From Bdellovibrionales bacterium (GTDB taxonomy: Bacteria; Bdellovibrionota; Bdellovibrionia; Bdellovibrionales; UBA1609), in contig JBFWVI010000004.1 of NCBI GenBank assembly GCA_050246815.1, forward strand, positions 32,001 through 96,000: a stretch of 64,000 nucleotides of DNA, written 5' to 3'. The first letter of the stretch is position 1. Every line of letters begins with the position of its first letter. Below, piece by piece: positions 59,124-64,000 of the stretch. A model generated the notes under the pieces. The model searched no databases, was not told the origin of the DNA, and was given only the letters and a program-made list of their open reading frames with translations. The translations under genes were made by a program, and so were the position numbers.

Positions 59124-61027
59124 TGAAAAAATTAATCGCCATCCTCACTCTCGCCACACTCGCCACTGGCTGTTCAGTTCAACTGGGCAAAGGTAAAAGT
59201 AAAAACTCGGGCACCGCCGTTCGAAACGATGTGATTGCCAATGAATTCGTTTTCGCGGGCGATGAAGCGCTGGTCGGTCGCTACTTAAATTCGATGGGTA
59301 TTGACGCCACGATTATCCCGGTTGCCAAAGGGGCCCAGGCTTTTCAAGTCCGCTACAAAGGCAACGTGGACTATGAAACCTTGGCCAGTGGTCTTGAAAG
59401 CCAGGTTGAATACATCGAACCCAACTTCAAAGTGCGCGCCGAAGCCAGTATGGATCGCTACAGCTGGCCCAATGACCGCTTGTTCTTCAAACAATGGGCC
59501 CTAAACAACATCGGCCAAAGCCCACCGTTTGGATTGCCCGGCACCGAAGGCGCCGACATGGACTTGCTCAAAGGCTGGTCCATCACCAAAGGTTCAAAAC
59601 AAGTTGTTGTGGCCGTGATCGACACCGGCGTCGACTACACTCACCCAGACTTGAAGGACAATATGTGGGTGAATGAAAAAGAATCTGAACAAAAGGGCGG
59701 CGTTCCGGGGCGCGATGACGATGGCAACGGATTGATCGATGATGTCTACGGTTACGACTTTTACTCCGGCGGCCGCCAAGAAATTAAGTTCGGCGCCCCC
59801 GGCGACAACGAGCCCATGGATGAAGACGGCCACGGCACTCACTGTGCCGGCAGTATCGGCGCCATTTCGGGCAACGCCCAAGGTATCGTGGGCATGAACC
59901 AGCAAGTCAGTATCATGGCCCTGCGGTTCTTAGGCGCCGGTGGTGGTTCCACGGTCGACGCGGTTCGCGCGATCTATTACGCCATCGACAAAAAAGCGAA
60001 TGTGATGTCCAACTCCTGGGGGGGAGGGGGTGATTCCAAGCTTTTGCGTGACGCAATCGCCGATGCGCAAAAGGCGGGAATCCTGTTCGTCGTTGCGGCC
60101 GGCAACGATGGCAGCAATATCGATATCAAACCCAGCTATCCGGCCTCTTACGACAAAGACTCCCGCGGCAATCCGCTGACCAACATACTGAGCGTGGGTG
60201 CCAGCGACAACCAAGACAATCCGGCTGAGTTCAGCAACTACGGCCACGAAGGTGTCGACGTGTTCGCCCCCGGCGTGCACATTGTCAGCACCTACCCCGT
60301 CGCCCTGGCGCAGGCCCGTCCCTACGCGGTGATGTCGGGAACCTCCATGGCGGCCCCTTATGTGTCAGGCTTGGCCGTGTTGATGATGGCCAACAACCCC
60401 GGGCTGCGCAATCAGCCTGAAACCGTTCGTCAGATCATCATGAACAGCGCCGATGTGAAAGAGTCTTTGTTAGGCAAAGCCGCAAGCCCCGGTCGCATCA
60501 ATGTGACCAAAGCTTTGCAGCAAAAATCCGATCTGGCCCAAAAACCGAATTGGTTGGCAAAGAATCAATCGATCAAAGAGCGCGGCTATCAACAAAACGT
60601 GGTCGACATCCGTCACGAAATCAAGGTCGACGGCGCCAAAGCGATTCGCGTGCACTTCGATTTTATTCAGATCGAAGAGCCCTACGACAGCCTGTACTTG
60701 TACGATAAAAATCTGCGCCTGATCACTCACGTCGAAGAAACTCAAACCCGTGACCACTGGTCGGCCACAATCCCTGGCGACACCGTCACCGTGCGTTTCA
60801 CCAACTCGCTGGTGCGACAAATCGTGATGGGCATGGCACCCCCGCAATCTTCAGAGGCCGCATGCATGGCCTTGGGCGCTGAAGAGGTTTTGCAGTCCGG
60901 CACGGAATTCCGCTGCATGACCGACTCCGAAAGCTCGGGCAGCAGCAAGACATACAGCACGTTTAACTCGGAAGGCTTTAGCATCGACCGCATTGAATAC
61001 TTGGCCGCTGATGGAGGTAAAAAATGA
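59123..61027 (+). CDS. S8 subtilisin-like serine protease lipoprotein with CUB-like C domain
   Basis: Lipobox ATGC; IDTG, HGTHCAG, AAGND, SGTSMAAP; IRVHF....E..YD.L..YD. Confidence 0.93.
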   Translation: MKKLIAILTLATLATGCSVQLGKGKSKNSGTAVRNDVIANEFVFAGDEALVGRYLNSMGIDATIIPVAKGAQAFQVRYKGNVDYETLASGLESQVEYIEPNFKVRAEASMDRYSWPNDRLFFKQWALNNIGQSPPFGLPGTEGADMDLLKGWSITKGSKQVVVAVIDTGVDYTHPDLKDNMWVNEKESEQKGGVPGRDDDGNGLIDDVYGYDFYSGGRQEIKFGAPGDNEPMDEDGHGTHCAGSIGAISGNAQGIVGMNQQVSIMALRFLGAGGGSTVDAVRAIYYAIDKKANVMSNSWGGGGDSKLLRDAIADAQKAGILFVVAAGNDGSNIDIKPSYPASYDKDSRGNPLTNILSVGASDNQDNPAEFSNYGHEGVDVFAPGVHIVSTYPVALAQARPYAVMSGTSMAAPYVSGLAVLMMANNPGLRNQPETVRQIIMNSADVKESLLGKAASPGRINVTKALQQKSDLAQKPNWLAKNQSIKERGYQQNVVDIRHEIKVDGAKAIRVHFDFIQIEEPYDSLYLYDKNLRLITHVEETQTRDHWSATIPGDTVTVRFTNSLVRQIVMGMAPPQSSEAACMALGAEEVLQSGTEFRCMTDSESSGSSKTYSTFNSEGFSIDRIEYLAADGGKK

Positions 61028-62181
61028 AGTCCCGCGCAATGATCTACACCTTGCTTTTAAGCTTTGGTCTGCTGGGCTGCACGCAAACGGTGATCGTGTA
61101 CAAACCCAACCCGAAAATGGACCCCTTACCTGTGGTAACAAACAAACCCGAAGCCGACAAAGATGATCCGGACTTTGGCAAGCAGTGGCACATGGCCAAG
61201 ATGGGTGTGACCAAAGAAATCCTGGCGACCCCGCTGCTGGACGGCAACTACAATGTCAAAATCGCCGTGCTGTCGACGGGCGTTGACTACAACCACGAAG
61301 ATTTACGCGGTCAAATCGCCATCAATACGGCCGAGATCACACAAAAGGCGGCCGGCGACAAGCCCGGGCCAAATCGCGAAGATGACGATAAAAACGGCCT
61401 GGTCGACGACATCGTCGGCTATGACGTCGTTGATGGCGATGGTTTGGCCTATGATCGTCACGGCGCAGGCACTGCCGTTGCGGGGCTGATCGCGGCCCGC
61501 ATGAAAAACGGCGTGGGGGTTTCGGGTCTCATGAAGAAAGTGCAGCTCTACCCGATCCGCTACATCGACGACAACGGTCAAAGCTCGGTGGCCAACTTGG
61601 CCAGCGCGCTTGAACTGGCCGTGAAAATCCGCCCCCATGTGGTGTTTATCCAAAACACTCAGTTCCGCCTGGGTGGTCATGATGGCAATTCCGAAGTGGC
61701 CAGTGTCGAAGCTAGCCTTGTAAAACGTCACCTGGACGAACTGCAGACCCTCAAAATCCCCGTGGTCTTGGGCGCTGGCGACGGCATGAGCGATTACGGC
61801 AACGACGAAATCGAAAAAATGCTGAAGTCCTTCGACAATTTGATCGTGGTCACGGCCACTGGCAAAGATGACAATCGCACTTTGATGGCCAATTTCAGCA
61901 TGACGGATGTGTTGATCGCGGCACCTGGCGAAAAGCTGTTCACCTTAAAACCGTTCAACAAGTACGGCGAGGTTTCAGGCACCGGTTATGCCGCCGCCCA
62001 TGTGACCGCCGCTCTGGGTTTGGCCCGCTCGATGCTGGGTGATCGCGCCACATCTGAAAAGTTAATCCCAGCCCTGCTGTCGCCCAAAGGCAGCGATCAG
62101 GTGCCGGCCTTGACACCGTTCACACGCAGCGGAACGCGTTTAAATGTCGTGAAGTTCTTGAACGAAATTAAAACGCTTTAA
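61024..62181 (+). CDS. S8-fold lipoprotein lacking the catalytic triad (pseudoprotease)
   Basis: Lipobox LLGC; LSTG, AGTAVAG, GAGDG, SGTGYAA. Confidence 0.85.
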   Translation: MKSRAMIYTLLLSFGLLGCTQTVIVYKPNPKMDPLPVVTNKPEADKDDPDFGKQWHMAKMGVTKEILATPLLDGNYNVKIAVLSTGVDYNHEDLRGQIAINTAEITQKAAGDKPGPNREDDDKNGLVDDIVGYDVVDGDGLAYDRHGAGTAVAGLIAARMKNGVGVSGLMKKVQLYPIRYIDDNGQSSVANLASALELAVKIRPHVVFIQNTQFRLGGHDGNSEVASVEASLVKRHLDELQTLKIPVVLGAGDGMSDYGNDEIEKMLKSFDNLIVVTATGKDDNRTLMANFSMTDVLIAAPGEKLFTLKPFNKYGEVSGTGYAAAHVTAALGLARSMLGDRATSEKLIPALLSPKGSDQVPALTPFTRSGTRLNVVKFLNEIKTL

Positions 62182-62210
62182 GCTCCCCAAGCGATCAAAA
62201 GTGTTCCCTT

Positions 62211-62240
62211 AAGAGGAGGTTTAAGAACCTCCTCTTTTTT
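62211..62240 (+). terminator. Rho-independent terminator
   Basis: AAGAGGAGGTT-TAAG-AACCTCCTCTT followed by a T tract. Confidence 0.85.
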
Positions 62241-62294
62241 GTCCCAAACTGAGAAGAACTGCAGACTGGGCTGGTCTTGGCCGATAAGTTCGGT

Positions 62295-62714
62295 ATGAAT
62301 GGCCCGACCCGATATCTTCTTTTTCTGGGATTGATGTTACTGGCCCACCTTCCGGCCAAAGCCGAAGAGTTAGACAAGGCCTCACAAGAAGCGCTGCAAA
62401 AAACCACTGAACTGCTGACCAACCGCGCCCAACGCGAAGAGGCCATTAAAAAGGACACCAAGGCCCAAGGCGCCGACAAAATGGTTGATCAGGTAAGCGG
62501 CGGTGGACAAAACAAAGAGGACGTCTATGGCCTGGCCAGTGACGTTTTCGCCGATCTGGTCAAAGAAACCGGTGGCGATGCGCAGAAGATGCAAGAGCTT
62601 TTGCAGAAGATGGCCCGCGACCCCGCCTCGTTTGCCAACCGCTGGACACCTGAGCAACGGGCCCGCTTGCAGCGTATGGCCGACCAAATGTCCCCAAAAA
62701 GCGCCCCCAAATAA
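62295..62714 (+). CDS. Secreted helical hypothetical protein
   Basis: Signal peptide ..AKA; Q/E/K-rich. Confidence 0.7.
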   Translation: MNGPTRYLLFLGLMLLAHLPAKAEELDKASQEALQKTTELLTNRAQREEAIKKDTKAQGADKMVDQVSGGGQNKEDVYGLASDVFADLVKETGGDAQKMQELLQKMARDPASFANRWTPEQRARLQRMADQMSPKSAPK

Positions 62715-62763
62715 AGAAATCCTGGCCTTCCTGGCTCGAGCTGAATAAAAAGTAAGTTGGCTC

Positions 62764-62840
62764 GACCGCGTAGCTCAGTTGGATAGAGCAGCAGTTTCCT
62801 AAACTGCAGGTCGCAAGTTCAATCCTTGCCGCGGTCACCA
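62764..62840 (+). tRNA. tRNA-Arg (anticodon CCT)
   Basis: GACCGCG/CGCGGTC acceptor stem, TAGCTCAGTTGGATAGAGC D arm, GCAGT-TTCCTAA-ACTGC, GTTCAAT T loop, encoded CCA. Confidence 0.95.
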
Positions 62841-63451
62841 AACTTACCAATATCCAAACGATGGGCCGACAGATTAGAAGGCCCGAAATTCTCCCCAGAA
62901 ACCAAAGAAACGCCGACCTCGCTTTGTTCATCTCGAACTAATTTGAGCTTGCGGCCTTCAGACCCTTTTTCATCGGGATTAGTGAAAAACCAAAACGCCA
63001 ATTTATCGTGAGCCAACACAATTTGCTTAAGAGTGTTACGCACCAATCTTTTCTTCAGACCCATTGGGGCCTTATCAAAACCCTTTTCAAAATCAACAAT
63101 AGTCGAGCGAATAAAGTGAGCTGATTCTGAAGCATCCACAACATCGTTCTGCATAGACTCAAACATTTTTAAGCTTTCGATGTATTGATTTTTTAACTTC
63201 GCAATCACTTCAAGTCGTTCTGACATCATCTTCAAAACATCGGAGCCGAAGTTGCCTTGGCCCTGCACTCTAAAGATGTTGGTCGCCTCTTGCTCAACAA
63301 GTGCGAGTTCTTTCTTAATAGTCTCTTTCTGCTCTGAATAGTCAGTTGACGATTTAGATGTGAGGACATTCAACTTTTCTTTCAACTTTTTAAGGTGAGC
63401 GGAATCAACAAGGCTGTCGCGTAAATATTTTATAACTGCGTTTCCACGCAA
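62819..63451 (-). pseudogene. Probable C-terminal fragment of a large serine recombinase reading into the tRNA 3' end
   Basis: Coiled coil then KKRLVRNTLKQIVL...L...F; no catalytic N terminus; stop lies inside the tRNA. Confidence 0.6.
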
Positions 63452-63791
63452 TAACTCTTAAAATCCGATTGTCCATCACTGCTACAAAATTCTTTGGCAC
63501 CGATTTCATTTGCCCGTTTGAAAGGGCCTGTAAAGCAATATCAAATTCCGCTTTCGAAGAAAATACTTCGACTTTTTCTATAAATGATTTTTCATTAACT
63601 AGGCTTTCCCAGCCATTCTCTTTCGCAAAAATAGTGAGCCTGTTCTTTGCGTATGCAAATGACTTTTCGAATTCAGGTCCAGATACTGACACTTTGACCT
63701 CAATCTTCGATTTGTTTTTTGACTGCAGGCTTGAACATGAGACTAATGTCATTGCCGAAATATAAATGCAAAGCCTCAGCAAAATTCTCAC
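63405..63791 (-). CDS. Lipoprotein, probably 3'-truncated
   Basis: Lipobox LVSC; end overlaps the recombinase-like fragment in another frame. Confidence 0.5.
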   Translation of the reverse strand: MRILLRLCIYISAMTLVSCSSLQSKNKSKIEVKVSVSGPEFEKSFAYAKNRLTIFAKENGWESLVNEKSFIEKVEVFSSKAEFDIALQALSNGQMKSVPKNFVAVMDNRILRVIAWKRSYKIFTRQPC

Positions 63792-63792
63792 T

Positions 63793-64000
63793 TTAAGCAG
63801 CTCTTCTCAGCTTAATTTCGGCAACAAGACCTACTGCTTCGACTAATCGCAAGACCCGATCAATTGTCACCTTTTGCAAACTTCCAGTTAAAATTCCCGT
63901 CACCGCACTTCGCGGAAGACCAGATCGCTTGGCTAGTTCTTGATGGGTCAACTCGTCTTTCTTGAGAGCATCGATAACGCCTTTTATCAGTTGCGCTTTA
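63793..64000 (-). CDS. XRE-family HTH protein (antitoxin-like), 5' end outside the window
   Basis: Manual translation: KAQLIKGVIDALKKDELTHQELAKRSGLPRSAVTGILTGSLQKVTIDRVLRLVEAVGLVAEIKLRRAA*. Confidence 0.8.
   Translation of the reverse strand, partial: KAQLIKGVIDALKKDELTHQELAKRSGLPRSAVTGILTGSLQKVTIDRVLRLVEAVGLVAEIKLRRAA

Larger units (their letters stand above)
62841..64000. mobile_element. Edge of a decayed element integrated at tRNA-Arg
   Basis: AT-richer DNA right after the tRNA; recombinase-like fragment; XRE HTH gene. Confidence 0.55.

Noticed and set aside
1..64000. CRISPR array, rRNA, IS transposase, phage structural or known defence genes
   Set aside because: No regularly spaced repeats or recognisable motifs seen

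Overview
Bacterial chromosome segment, most likely from a Bdellovibrionota-type organism; this is inferred from gene content and order, not from a marker gene. About 24.4-62.8 kb is mostly core genes: oxoprolinase-like pair, hisC, cmk, ilvA, tpiA-pgk-gap, tatD-holB-tmk, secG, GldA/F/G-type ABC system, NFACT, PhoX, S8 proteases and tRNA-Arg(CCT). Three accessory parts stand out. (1) 1.2-4.0 kb: a cytochrome cluster with a triheme lipoprotein, a heme-motif/outer-membrane beta-barrel fusion resembling Cyc2, and a monoheme cytochrome c. (2) 8.1-23.4 kb: a low-oxygen/NO island with an AlgE-like porin, class II RNR, a PLP decarboxylase coupled to SCO-NirV-NirK, a Crp/Fnr regulator, two more porins, ferredoxin, NnrS and a Na+/solute symporter. 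It is bracketed by two diverged copies (74/97 nt) of the 3' end of a large poly-A-frameshifted gene. It carries a recurring TATGA-N6-TCATA palindrome, twice at class II activator spacing from a -10 box. (3) From 62.8 kb: the decayed edge of an element integrated at tRNA-Arg. Also notable are a subtilase with all catalytic residues replaced, paired with an intact one; signal-peptide-bearing methyltransferase and GT9 enzymes; and a probable inversion separating tpiA from secG. All calls come from reading motifs by eye; no database searches were run.
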